Shown: positions 28,117 to 41,145 of the stretch, one piece after another
How the letters are laid out: each line of letters begins with the position of its first letter
Position numbering within the stretch: position 1 is the stretch's first letter
Source: Podarcis cretensis
Taxonomy: Eukaryota
Assembly: GCA_951804945.1 (NCBI GenBank)
Contig: OX638149.1
Span: 41,044,001 to 41,108,000, forward strand
DNA length: 64,000 bases
Direction of reading: 5' to 3'
The notes under the pieces: model-generated
Database searches by the model: none
What the model was told of the DNA's origin: nothing
Seen by the model: the letters and a program-made list of their open reading frames with translations, nothing else
Translations under genes and position numbers: made by a program

Positions 28117-30534
28117 CCTAAATGCAGTTTGGACTTGGATGCTGGAGAAGAAAAGAAGTGAGCAGAGACCTAAGTAAGTGACCTCTCTTGGCCCCCACTG
28201 AACTTTCTTCTTCAGCCCACTGGGAGGTGCAGAACATTCTGATAAGAAGCTCCCTCTACTCTCCGACTACTATTCAAGTAGTGGGATCTCCTAAAAAGGG
28301 GCCAGCAAGAAGCCCATTAGACCTATTGACCCATAAGCACTATAGCTCTGGGAAAGTGGACCACTGGGGTCCTATGTACCCCACAAGCTGGGGAGATCCT
28401 GCAAAATTTACTGGGACTGGGCTGAATTCCTGTAGTCTATAGCTAATATTAAGGAAGAAGACCCCAGCCTGAAGAAAGGCAAGTTAGAAATCCTTGGGAA
28501 GAACTCTGAACCCTGGAGGAAACCTGGATTTCTTTTGCCCCAGGAAAGGACTGTGAGAATAGGGACCTAATGAAACTGAGGTTCCTGTATATTAGACTAT
28601 ATTGTTCTTAACCGGGGAGTCCCTCTGGTCCCATTCCCCATAGGAACCAGGACCCATGAATCACAGGGCTTCCAAGGTGCCACTCTGCCTTGGTGAAGCT
28701 ACTTGTCCCACCCACCTACCACTCGCAAAAAAGTATAAGTACCAAACTACATGTAACACACAGTTTCCAGATTTCTGGGGGTCTCCTATCACCTCATTCC
28801 AGAAGCAAAGAGGCTAAAGGGTGATTTTTGAAAAACCTGCCCACAGGAAAGCATCTAAGCATCCCTTTCATCAGCACTGCTACTGAAATAATATTTGTAG
28901 TACTCCCCAACCTGCATTTCCCTTAAAAAAAACATAAAAATAAATCAGGAAATGAACCATGAATCCCCTGTATCTTGTTTACTTTGGCTATAAGTATTTT
29001 GCATACAGATGCCATAGTTCTAATAAGACTTCCTAGCCCTTGGGGAGGGAACCTGAAGCCCCCAGTTTAATTTCAAGTTGCCCTCAGCATCAACCCCCCC
29101 ACCCCGGTGAGGCATGTATTGCTCTCCGGATAGCCCTTCTAGGAACTGCTTCCTTTGCTGTTTTGTGTGTGCATCCATACTCTGCAACTCCCCCCACTAT
29201 TGGCTCTGTCTTCACCAACCATCAGCTGTAGCCCCAACTGAATTTTCCCATGGGTCAATTGGACCTTCATAGCAAAAAGGTCCATCACCCCTGAGCTAGC
29301 CCAATGCCTGGAGGGCCCATGGTTTTACTCCAATCATGAGTGATAATGTTTGGCAAAATAAGGTAAATTCCCTGTGGAGGCTCTTGAGGGAATGTGCTAG
29401 GATTCCTATATGCATCCCAGTCAGCTGCAGGTTGGAATCGGACAAAAAGAATCTACTTCCAAAATTTCTCGAATGCAATAACTGCATGGAATGATGAATT
29501 CATTATATTTTACCTGCTGCAGGTGCATGAAAAATGAGGGAGAATGAGAACAAATAATTGAGTTCTTTTTTCTGGGGGAAATGAATTTTATTCACACAAA
29601 TCTACTTAATGTTTATAACAGAAATGTGACGGCAATGTTTTAAATACTATGAAATGTTGAGTGAGATAGTTTGCTAGCTAAAAACTTCCACTTATACTAA
29701 TATACTGTCAAATTGATTTTAAATATTTCTAAAAGTTTTAACTGCTAAAAGAAAAGTTTGCCAATTAGATATAAAAAAACTAAGCTTATGTGATATAGAC
29801 ACTAAAGATAGTGATTAAAAATATGTATAAAGATATTTTTAAGTGGAGCTCCACAGAAGTGTAAGGTGACATATATTACAAGAATAAATATGCAAAGTAC
29901 ATAATGTTCTGCCTTTTATGTAATACGGAATTTTTAAAATGTGTTTTCAGAATGCAGTGCATAGACTAAGCACATGAATAGACTACCTTCCTTATTTTCC
30001 CCTGCAATTTTTCCAAAGACAACTGCTATCTGAAACAATCTCAGAAAATCACAAAAGTTACTTTTTTTTACTTTTGCATTCTTTTCAAGCATTGAGCAAA
30101 TGTGACTACAGCACAGGTACACATAGCAAATATATTGTGAATGGAGGGTCATGGCTAGTTTACATGTTTAGTTGCCCACATATAATACAATTTGCATATT
30201 ATTTTCTAATTCATGCTTGATGCCATACCATAATTTATGAACATGCTGTGCATATTCTATAATCATTATTCTCAAATATGAAGAACTTGAAATTGCCTCT
30301 AAAAAGATTTTGACACATAATCTTAAAGCCTAATCATAAGAGCTGCTGCTGCAGGACAAAAGTTCATAGGATGAGATGTTAAGAGTCCTGATGCCAATCT
30401 TGTACTATTATCAAGAGCAAACAAAGACCACAGTATTGCCATAGAAAGAGCTACTGGTACTGCTGCAATAGTTGTGATCCCCTGCCTATGCTCAGGCATA
30501 ACAGTAATACACAGGAATATTGGCATGGGTGGTA

Positions 30535-30700
30535 GAAAGCAGGAGCAATCGCTGGCCCTGCAGCATGGCATGCTAGTGGCCAAATGCTACTAGGAAAGAT
30601 GGTGAAACTTTGTGTCCAATTTTCCAGATACTAATTGCCTGGGAACAGGAGTAGAACAGCCAAGGGGCAAAGTTGGCAAGATCTCTCCTGCTTTCAACAT
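30535..30700. repeat. Foldback MITE remnant
   Basis: Inverted arms gaaagcaggagcaatc / gatctctcctgctttc. Confidence 0.45.
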
Positions 30701-30971
30701 GCAGCATACTGGTTTAGCAGCAGCAGGATGACAAGCCACATTTCAAGCAGAATCAAAGGACTGGGACATCACAAATTAGTGTTAAATTTCACTCTCTCTC
30801 TCTCTTACAGTAAAAAAAAAAATAAAAAATAAAAAAATCTAATAGACCAAACAAAATCCATACATCTTGGCTGTATGTGGCCTGGAAACTGGCACAGAAT
30901 ATAGTATCCAAGATTCTTAGTTTTCTATTTTTAAAGGCAACTTTCTAGATCCTTTTAAATATCTGGGAAGT

Positions 30972-31555
30972 GGGTGCTTTCAGATGTCACAATAAAGTAT
31001 GATTTATCATTATGGGAATGAGCCTTGGTCTCCTGTACTCTTTCCTCCCCTCTCTTTCTCTGGCATGGCTTCAAGGAGAAAATTGAAAGCTTTTGCTTCC
31101 CTTTATGATTAACCACAGTTTAATGCAGTGTTTCTCATACTTGAGTCTCCAGCTGTTGTTGGACTACAACTCCCATCATCCCTGACCACTGGTGCTGCTA
31201 GCTAGCAATGCTGAGAGTTGTAGTAAAACAATGGCTGGGGACCCAAGTTTGAGAAACACTGGTTTAATGTTACATCTGTACACTAAACTGTGGTTAATCT
31301 TAATTGTGATTTGTGATTTGTTACCACCTTTATAACCTTTGGTTTGAAAATGGCTTCTTTCAAACAAAGCATAATTAAGATGAATCACAGTTTGTCAGGT
31401 TCAGAAAAGGCACTAAGCTACAGTTAATCAAAAACAGAAGTGAAGGGCTTCAGAACTCCTCCTCTGCTATGCAGGGACAGGGGTGGATGGCAGGTCATCC
31501 CCATCACAGTAAGCCACAGTTTGAAGCCAATGACTGGTCAAATCTCTGAAGACAA
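30972..31555. mobile_element. Degenerate long foldback MITE (aaccacagtt/aactgtggtt-rich), host of a hAT MITE
   Basis: 31045-31122 is an imperfect reverse complement of 31415-31490; repeated aaccacagttt motifs in both orientations. Confidence 0.55.
31126..31261. mobile_element. hAT MITE with intact terminal inverted repeats (TIRs)
   Basis: TIR cagtgtttctca / tgagaaacactg; perfect 8-bp TSD gtttaatg (31118-31125, 31262-31269); palindromic interior. Confidence 0.9.
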
Positions 31556-32525
31556 CTGCTGGGTTTCAATGTCCTGCATGACACTTTGCCTCTTCCCTTT
31601 ATTATTGTAAGTAGCTAACTAAATTATTTACACTGATGGACTAGATGGAACATACATATGATAAAACTGGACAGTTCTTGTGTTCACCATGGTGTGAGTT
31701 GCCAGCATTCTTTATATGTCAACAGCTTAGAATGTGTTGATTTTTTCCAACATAAAGTGCACACGCTATAAAAAGCAGACTTGGTTAGCAGATTCAGAAT
31801 AAGTAGTGGCCCACACAAAACACTTATGGGAAAAGTGGAATATATGTTAGTGCATTAAAAAATCTCATTCTGCAACTAATCCTCAGTTATTAGCTGCAGA
31901 ATGAGATCTTTTTACTCACACCAGCTAGAATGCTCTTACTATGAGGTTAACAATGAAACTCTAGTGTGAACCAAGGTAGGTGCTCTCACAGTCATCTTCA
32001 AAGATTTCTTTGATTCTAAGGGCATGCTTTAAATTTGGCAATTTAAGCAGATTTAGAGACTCAACATTTGACATGCAACTCTCAAATATAATATAGAAGG
32101 TCATCTGTAACGACAATCCCCAGAATACATTGTAATAAAGAAACTTAATGTACAGTTACACAGATTTGTACCAGCTTTGAATCTGGCCCACACGATTCTA
32201 TGTGCATGCATAATTTGCACATTCTATGTGCAAATGCAAAAGGGCATTGTGAGCCTTTGTTAGAAACCAATCATCTGTGCTTATTGCTGCATGTTAAAAA
32301 GCCCCATTGCGCATTTGCTTACATCTTATTTTAAACCTTTCATAGATGCCCATCAGTAGATCTTTAGCACATAGATGTGAAAATGATAGATGAGATCTGA
32401 TTCATCTGTACATGTTTATTAACACTAAGATTTTACCTTAGGCTGTTGGCTGAAATGCTGGTTTACTAATTCTTATTCAAAGCAGATTGATATGCTGCTA
32501 TAGAGAGCTCTACTCGCTGATGCAG

Positions 32526-32681
32526 NNNNNNNNNNNNNNNNNNNNNNNNNNNNNNNNNNNNNNNNNNNNNNNNNNNNNNNNNNNNNNNNNNNNNNNNNNN
32601 NNNNNNNNNNNNNNNNNNNNNNNNNNNNNNNNNNNNNNNNNNNNNNNNNNNNNNNNNNNNNNNNNNNNNNNNNNNNNNNNN
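32526..32681. other. N-run, 156 nt
   Basis: Direct reading. Confidence 0.95.
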
Positions 32682-33484
32682 CCACGAATTTATATGGGCT
32701 GGACCAAAGAAAAATGGAATTTGATTATTAAAACAACCCTATTCCTCAAGATTCTAGTGGCATAGTATGTTCAAATTAAATACAAAGAAAGCAATATCCA
32801 TAATACCTGCCTCTGTTGGCTCATGTAATGTTTCTTTTGGGGAACAGTGTATCATGTTAAAAGATATCGCATTGCCACAAACATATTTTTTTCTGATTTT
32901 TCAATATTTCTGTTGTAAAACACAAACCTGTATTTTGCCATTGCTTATTTTTTATTTTTTCAAAAAATATATCTGTGTATCAAAGTATTCTAAAAATGTT
33001 AGCTGTACTGTACACTGACACAAATTCAGATTAACCCTTAATTTACCATTCAGAATACACTAAGAAGCCAGATCCATATAATTCACTAAAATGTTCAGTG
33101 TTTTTCCTCATTTGAATTGAATACAAAAGCAGCTTTTCCCAGCCTAGTATATTTTTCACAATAAAACCACAAATAATGCTGCTAGTTTCCTTAACCACAT
33201 TAGTTCCATCACCCAATATCTCTAGTTCTCTGCTTGAAATCTACCACAGGCTGGCCCCTTTCATGCTATCTTTCTCTGCCCTCCTTTTGAGCATATCAGT
33301 GTTCATTGTTATTGGCTAGTACTGTGTACATCCTACAAAACACATGTCTTCAGGTTATGAAATTTATCAGGATTCTTAATTTGTTTTGTTTTGATATGCA
33401 TTCAGATTTTTCAGAATGTTTAATGTGCTTCATGCTAGAAAGCTAAATTGTGTGCCGTAACATAGTTGTACTTGACACGTTATA

Positions 33485-33719
33485 CAGTCGTACCTTGGTT
33501 ATCAAACGCCTTGTGACTCGAACGTTTTGGCTCCCGAATGCTGCAAATCCGGAAGTGAGTGTTTCGGTTTGCAAACGTTCTTTGGAACCCAAACATCTGA
33601 CACAGCTTCCGATTGACTGCAGGAAGTTCAATCAGAAGGTGCACCTTGGTTTTTCGAACTTTTTCGGAAGTTGAATGAACTTTCGGAACGGATTCTGTTT
33701 GAAAACCAAAGTATGACTG
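33485..33719. mobile_element. Tc1/mariner (Tigger/pogo-like) MITE
   Basis: TA|CAGTCGTACCTTGGTTATCAAAC ... GTTTGAAAACCAAAGTATGACTG|TA; TA TSD. Confidence 0.85.
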
Positions 33720-34129
33720 TACTCAGTCTGAGAACCTATTCATTATTTTTCTTAGGAATAAAGTAAGTGACATGTATGGAGCAAATGAAAAAAGCACCAC
33801 ATTACTCAAGGTTTCTTCTCACATTGCTTTTCCTAACATGCATTCTGAAGATACAGAAACTTGACAACAGACAACTGTGCCTCTCAAACATAGGTTTGGT
33901 AAACCTCCCGGCAAAATGGATTCATGTAGGTTACATACATCAAACTGTTTCCAGGTTATGACAACACACAGGAATATTGAGTCAGAAATACCCCATAAGC
34001 AACAAGAGGCCAAACAGTCCATCTTAAGACCAAATAATTGCTTCACTTTAATCAGGTGAGCATGTGTGACTTAGAAGCATGTCCACCTCATAAGTGAAAG
34101 AAAAGTATAAACACTGTGAACTAGACAGT

Positions 34130-34335
34130 TAAGAGGGCCAGCTCCATGGGTGCTAACTACTGCTGTAAAATCCTTATACATTTGTGTTACCAGGTTAAGA
34201 AATGGGTTTCTAAAGTTCCATTTAGTCAACAATGGTAGTATATGCTTCCAATCCACTCTGTCAAATGCTTTTAGGGAATCCAGTGCTATTAATGCAACTA
34301 AATTTTTAATGCTATATATAAACTACAGACGACTC
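34130..34335 (-). mobile_element. L1/Tx1-like RT remnant
   Basis: Minus strand LVALIALDSLKAFDRVDWKHILPLL...MYKDFTAVVSTHG, matching the L1-clade motif SLDAEKAFDRVEW. Confidence 0.7.
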
Positions 34336-36460
34336 TCAACATACACCGGGATTACATTCTGGGGATACTGTGTAAAGCCCAAATTGTTTATGGTGAAAAC
34401 ACATTGAGTTCAATGGTGAGTGGGATTGCCAAAGTCTTTTTTCCTGGATGCCCACCCCCTTGCTTTTTAAAAACTGCCAAGCATATAAAGCTGAATGCAC
34501 ACAACTGAAATGCACATAATTTGTTAGTTATTTGTATGTTATGTCTAACCTACCCCCCTTTAACAAAAAGGAACCAGCCCTTCCACCTCAGCTTGCATAG
34601 AATGGCACATCTTAACTATGACCACTGTTACCCTCCTTGATTTAAACATGCCTGGGGCACAAAATTGATCCCCTCAATCCATATGCTGTTCAGTAAGTTA
34701 TGTGTTAGCAATTTTGGGTGGATTTCCTGCAACAAAATTATGCCTTCTCAAACATATGACATAATTCTCATGCATTTAACCGGGAAGTTCGGCCCTTTGA
34801 TATTTATCAACAAGGCCTTCAGTAAGTTCTGGCTTAGTGGAATTACCATGGTTTCATGCTGTTGAGAGTCTAGGAACTTGAACCACTCAGTCTCATAATT
34901 TGAAGTGGGATTGCATTGGACTCTCTGTTGGAACTAACTTGAATGAATACAGTTAAACTGGAAAGCTTTTGTTATTTGATCTATTCTTGTATTAGTCTGC
35001 CCTGTTAAGGACCTGAGTGTAGAGCTCTCTCAACACTTCTGTACTTCATAGAACAGAACCATAGAATTGTAGGTTGTTCAAGGGATGTAAAACATTTCAT
35101 ACTCTTCCCTTGGCTTTTTCTTTGAAATTATTCATACAAGGTGACAATTCACATCAATAAAGATAACTGGCTTTGCCTGAACCACCAGTTTAGCCTACAT
35201 AATGAAGGTATGTTGGCTCCATAAAAATATTGATAGCTGGTGTGATATGTTCCTGGAGAGTATGGCCTCTTCAAGACATCTAACTTAGCATTTTCTTTTT
35301 CTTTTTCTTCTGGTCTGCAGAGACTAATCTACTGGTTCTTCATTTTGTGAGTAATTTGATCTTTAGCTAGTGCCTCAACCCCAGGTTTATTGCTTCTTCC
35401 ATTCTTTTTGAAATATCCATCAGTTCTGATAAAATACCTATTTTGCTTCCAGAACGGTCAATGCTGTTGTCAGCACGGCTGCCCAGCCTACCAGCAGGTT
35501 GCTTCTCACCTGCTGACTCAGTGAGGTGATACCTCAAGCTACTGACATGGTGTTAGTCAATTTCACATCCTTAAACATTTTAGCACTTTCTTTCACCATT
35601 ATAGTTTCTTTCTCCTCCCTCAAGTATTCTGAACTGTCAAAAAAGTTTTCTCTGGTGATATTCCATTTCAGAACTTTATTGGCCTTTCATTGTATCCTTC
35701 CATCAACTGGACCTATGCTTTTGGAAGTTTAACCTTGCTTTAAAGATTCCCTTTAAAAGTTGTAGTCCTTTAACACTTGGAGATTTGTGGAGCCCAATGA
35801 TTAGGCTGCCATTTTGCCTGATAAGCCGCACACACACAGCCTCTCTCACACAACCCTTCTGGTTACTGCTCCCTGGGATGTCCTTGCATGATGAAACACA
35901 TTTGTGATGAAGCTTCAGGTGTGACCCTATACACAATTAGTGTGCATTCCATCTATAACAAGTTGCCTTCAATAATGTGGAAACCTGAAAATCCTGAAGT
36001 AACTGCCCATTAATAAGTCTCCATTCAGAAACCCAGATTTATCTATCAGACACAATTTTTGATTTTCCAGACTTTCCTAATGACCAGGATATAATACCGT
36101 AGAAATAAACAAAACAAAATTGTCTTGGGGGACAATATAGTTTTTAAGAATTATTAATCCTTATGGAATAACGTCAGTCAGAAAATAAAAAAGGATTCAG
36201 AAGACCAGGCAAAGCAGGTTTTAAATGATTATGAAAACTCATGCTAACAATCAAATGATTTACACTGAGGAAAGGAGGGAGTATTAGCTATATACATAAG
36301 TATACAAATTTGTGGCAGTGATGCTAGTTTTAGACAGAATAAAGTACTGTGAATTTGGCAGTATCAGTCTCTGAACCTTCCCAGCAGCATAAGAAAATTC
36401 ATATATCACAGGGCTACTGAGATAAAGTAATGCTCAGCCCTAGAGGGCACAGATTTCGTC

Positions 36461-36483
36461 TTTATGTAAATCAGTGCCTGTCA
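36461..36483 (-). promoter_or_regulatory. Candidate MEIS + PBX/HOX composite site
   Basis: Minus strand reads TGACAG-gcac-TGATTTAC-ATAAA, immediately next to an N-run in unique sequence. Motif match only. Confidence 0.4.
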
Positions 36484-36507
36484 CTGCATGCATGATTCAC
36501 TGCTCAG

Positions 36508-36639
36508 NNNNNNNNNNNNNNNNNNNNNNNNNNNNNNNNNNNNNNNNNNNNNNNNNNNNNNNNNNNNNNNNNNNNNNNNNNNNNNNNNNNNNNNNNNNNN
36601 NNNNNNNNNNNNNNNNNNNNNNNNNNNNNNNNNNNNNNN
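36508..36639. other. N-run, 132 nt
   Basis: Direct reading. Confidence 0.95.
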
Positions 36640-36791
36640 TAAAACTGTGGATAATTACAATTTTTCTTTTTTTCCTCTTTGTTTTTTTTTTAATGGAAGG
36701 AAAGGCTTCTAAGGCCACCGATAACTGTATCATGCTAGGCTGTTACCAAAATAAAGCTGCAGTCTTCTTCACAGTATGGAGGAAAGAAAAT

Positions 36792-36793
<2 letters not shown>

Positions 36794-36836
<43 letters not shown>
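36794..36836. repeat. (AG)n microsatellite
   Basis: Direct reading. Confidence 0.95.
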
Positions 36837-36841
<5 letters not shown>

Positions 36842-38382
36842 TAGGATGCTGGTAGAAAAGGAGGAGCAATGGCATTCATGAATATTCATAGCCAGTCACA
36901 TCTGTAGCAGTCTTGCTTTCTACTTTTTCCTTGGTAGTTCATAGACTATAACCGCTAACCAAAAAAAAGTGATTATGCAGTTTCATTAGGTTTCAGGTTT
37001 AATATATTTCCAAAGTATCATGGAGAAGTCTTAAATTCTACCCATCCTTCAATGCAAATGCCTTTAATAAAATAATGTATTGTTTTCTTTAATTTTAGAT
37101 TAAAATGTTTTTGTTTTGCTTTTCTATATCAAATGAATGTAAAAAGGGGAAAAAATCAGTTGCCAAAAAACATGGTTTGTAAACATGCAGAAAATTCATC
37201 AAATATTATCTGACCAAGAAAAAAAGAAAAGAAAGATGTTCATATACAGAGGCCTGGAGGAATATTACTTCGTAAGAGAAACCAAAGTGAAAATGCTACT
37301 ACACAAAAATAAGAATGACTGATAAATTTAGCAGCCTCATGTTCAATTTTCAAACAGCACAGCAAAGATTTATAGCCCTGCTGCTTCATATGGCAAATGA
37401 AACAGCACATAGAAAGCATTTATGTTTTTTCACATATTACAGTGTTTTATACCTTATATCCCAGTGCTATTGATTAGCATTGAGATCACAGTCTCAATAA
37501 TGTCATTAGAGCCTGTATATGGCAGACTGTGATTAACAGAAATGGTAGCAGTTTCTCAATAAGGCCTTTAGCAGTTTCGAAGAGGCTGCAAAGAGAAGTG
37601 TATGGTGTCTGCAGGAATTAATACCAAAAATTCAAATTTGCACTTGGGGAGGCTTGAATCCAAATTATGTAATTCTTTCAACTGGAATATAAGATGGATA
37701 GTTATTTTTAAAATGCAGTTCCAAATAAATGTATTCATGGGACTTTGTTTTCCCAAGACAATTAGAAGACTGTGGCAGGTATGGGGATTAGGTAACTGGA
37801 AAGGTTCTTTTGATGCAATACAAGTCACATCAAACAGAAGTTTCTCCAGCCTTTGAAATATCTAAGCTACCTTCAGGACTGACAAATCTTTGACAATATA
37901 GATGCATAAAAGGGTTCGTTTTCAATTTGGAATTTGTAACACTGCCAGACTCATTCTGCATAAACATTAGAGACCAATAAATACATTTTTTTTTTCAGAC
38001 TTCACCTTCTTTGGTTGGCTATCTTGTATTTCAAATTAGCTATTTGGCAATTAATTCTTACTTTGAATTACAGAGGCCAGCAAGGTTACTACTGCTCAGT
38101 GAACCACTCTCATGAAAGCCAAAATACAACACAGGACCCCTTAACCCACCCCTCCAAAGCATACACAGCAACAGAAGATTTGGAAAATCCTTTCTTCTGC
38201 ACCTGCTCCCTCCCATCTTCCTTGTCATGGCTCACAAATGCAGGTGAGGGAGCAGTCAATGTACCTAAAAAGTGGACTTTGGTAAAGCTTCTGTTGCTTT
38301 ATGATTGGGATGTACACAAGAAAACAACTCCCTGTGACTTGAAATGTAAAATGTGCCTAATATGCATAATAAATTATTGTCG

Positions 38383-38730
38383 TTATTATTTATTCAATTT
38401 ATATGCCACCCTTTATCAAAAGATCCAAGGGCGGTGTACAACATTAAGAACACATTTTAAAGAGCATAATTATAAAAACAATAAAAAGCATAATAATAGA
38501 TAGCATAATAATAAAATAACCATAATAGCAGCCCCCCCAAAAAAAACCTTGAACAGGCTATTGATTATTTAATGGCCAAAGGCCTGGGGATGTTTTGCCT
38601 GGCACCTAAAGACAAGTAATGATGAAGCCAGATGAGCCTTTCTGAGAAGAGCATTCCATGGACGAAGAACCACCACAGAAAAGGCCTGTTCTCATGTTGC
38701 CACCCTCAGAACCTCTTGAGGAGGGAGGAC
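38383..38730 (-). mobile_element. L2 3' end fragment
   Basis: ttatttattcaatttatatgccaccctt...ccaagggcggtgtacaa tail plus gagcattcca...ccaccacagaaaaggcctgttctcatgttgccacc, typical of the L2 C-terminal region on the minus strand. Confidence 0.7.
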
Positions 38731-40240
38731 ATAGCTCTGGGGCTCCAGCATTGCGGCAATGACTAGGCTGGGGCCTGTGCCTCCGCTGTGGGGATTCTGT
38801 TTGGGCCTGCTGTAGCCACAGAGGTGCTTCCGGGTGCACCTGTGGCTGCTGCAGGTCCCCAAAGGGCATGGGGTAAGAAGGCCTCCCTAGCAACTTGAAA
38901 GGGTGGGAGTAGAGGGTGGGCTACCCTGGCCCTTTGCAGGGCCAGGTCTCCCAAGGTATGGTGATTAGTTACACCTTGTTCCCCCGGCCTATACAGATCA
39001 GGTCAGGGTTTATATATTTAAATAAATGTGGACCAGCCAACTTTTTGTGCCTTGCCTCTTTCCCCCCCATGTGTGGCCACAATCCCTGCTTGTCTATCTA
39101 ATTACAATTATAGGTTGGTGGGTCACGTTTCAGGCTGAGTCTCTTTCCCAAAGTGGGCCCTCCCATTTTGCATTCTGTAAAATAACAGGATTAGGAGGAG
39201 AGGAGCATGTGATGGAGCAAAGGAACACAGGAAGTTCTTTCTGTCACCCACATTCTTCTAGTTTTCATACTGAGCTACTTTTTAGCCAGAGGGGATATAG
39301 ATGCTAATTATCTTCCTCACCTGTTCCTTTGTTTTTCCTGAAGCAGAAAGGTGTGGCTGGGAGAAAAATTCCAAGAAACTGACGTAAAGACAGGTGGGGT
39401 GAGACAAAAATTACTGCCTTCTTTGCCTTTCCTAACTCCATTTCTTCTAAGCAGTTTCAGAAAGCCCAGAGGATGATATTCATATTGTGATTATTATTGC
39501 TATATTTGCTGTCACTAATTTGATTTCTTACCCACCCTGCACTCTTAATGTCCCAGGCCAGTTAAAGCAATGTAAAATACATTAATAAATGCAGTCACAG
39601 GAATAGGGTGGGTCCTGAAAATGTATATTTCAGGTGTTGGTGTGCATGCGTCCCCATGTGCAACCTGGGAGCTGCCAGTTATCAACCTTCAACTGTAAAC
39701 ATTCTGAGCAGGAACTGCATTATTTCTGTATTCTACAAAACACAAAGCAGCCTGCTGATGCCAAATTAATATGCAGTAGAGGAATTAAAGGTGGTGCCAT
39801 AGCCAAACAGCCCATGAAGAAAGATGAGGTGGACACCTCAGGGCCTGAGGACTGCCCCACTCACGACCACTGCCTCCTATGCGGACATGCCACTCTGCCT
39901 CCTCCAAGACCGGCCTCCTCCACTGCTGTCAGCATCCCATGCCACTGCTGCCTCCACTGCTGTAGATGCATCTGTGGTGGCAGTGAGGTGTGGTGCACTT
40001 GCAGGGTAGAAGGCAGTGGCATTGGCAGGCAGGGACTTTTGCCTTAAGTAGCAAAAGGTCCCAGGTTAGTCTGGGAGGTACCAATGAAACTGGGGAAGAT
40101 ATAGATAATCAAGTTAGTGTTCATGTACTGTTGTTTGGGTGCTAGGCAAATGGAAGGCAAGAATGCAGAGTGTATCCGTGTGAATAGCGAATGCACCTAT
40201 GCTGCTTGATATGATAGGCAAGTTTAGTAATTACTATAAC

Positions 40241-40369
40241 CAGTACGACGTTTCTAGAAAAAGAGGTGCTGGAACTCACCATGAATGCCTCCCTTGTTCC
40301 ATGACAATGGTGCCCACCTGAGAGGTGCCGGAACTGAGTTCCTGTGATTTCCAGCTGAAAAAAGGCCTA
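40241..40369 (+). mobile_element. hAT-type MITE (ctagaaaaagaggtgc family)
   Basis: 8-bp TSD actataac/actatagc; related copies at about 9462-9500 (+) and 47685-47789 (-). Confidence 0.75.
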
Positions 40370-40399
40370 ACTATAGCTCATATTAATTATACACGTACG

Positions 40400-40588
40400 C
40401 ACTGGCGAAGGAAGGGGGTGCGGTGGGTGCGCTCCGCCCCAAGTGTCATCCCTGGGGGGGTGACATCGCCACACTGCCCCCTGGGATGGGCAACGCCCCC
40501 CTAGGACACTCGCCCCACCCCTGCTCGCCCCATCCCGTACACAGCATATGCACCACTTCAGGTGCCGAAGCAGCTAGCGCCGCCTCTG
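40400..40588. mobile_element. GC-rich hAT (Tip100-like) MITE
   Basis: Ends cactggcg / cgcctctg (CAGTGGCG-type TIR); 8-bp TSD cacgtacg/cacgtaca. Confidence 0.75.
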
Positions 40589-41145
40589 CACGTACATGTG
40601 TGTGTAAAAGTGTGTTTCTATTTATAGCTAAACCTATATTGTAACCCTTTTTATTTTAATTTCTGGTAGCCGATCAGAAGAATGGTGTACCATGACAAGT
40701 ATTCACAGGACCATACAGAGACAGGGTGCCACTCTATTACCATTTTGGTGTGTATATTTGAGTTTAAGCAGAGGAAAGTCAGAAATATGACACATTCAGC
40801 AAAGGGGTGCATATATTTGTATTTAAGTTATCTGCCAAGTCACTTGTCCTAGGCAGTAGTAAAGGTTTTCTGGAATATCTTCTACTTGCATGAATCTTTG
40901 ATCATATTCTTCAAGTGTATGACATGATATGTACTCTGCACTGTGCCTCATGTTCTTGAATTATTTACTTTGGCATCCTTTGCTGTGGATTAACTGATTG
41001 GTTGTAGTTCCCCATGTTTTCCACAGTGCTTAATTGTTTCATCTGCTGCAAATGTATAATAGGTACATGTGATTTGATGTGTAGTACATAACTGGACTCA
41101 TCTTGACATAGTTGCAGCTTGGGTTATATATACAATACTGCAGTA

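Noticed and set aside
27155-28760. Possible LTR or ERV remnants
   Set aside because: Composition is LTR-like, but I could not identify paired LTRs, a primer-binding site, TSDs or gag/pol motifs.
38015-38503. Longest ORF in the track (162 aa)
   Set aside because: No recognisable domain, non-ATG start, and it runs into an antisense L2 tail.
40400-40600. CpG island or internal promoter
   Set aside because: The GC-rich patch is bounded by hAT TIRs and an 8-bp TSD, so it is a MITE.
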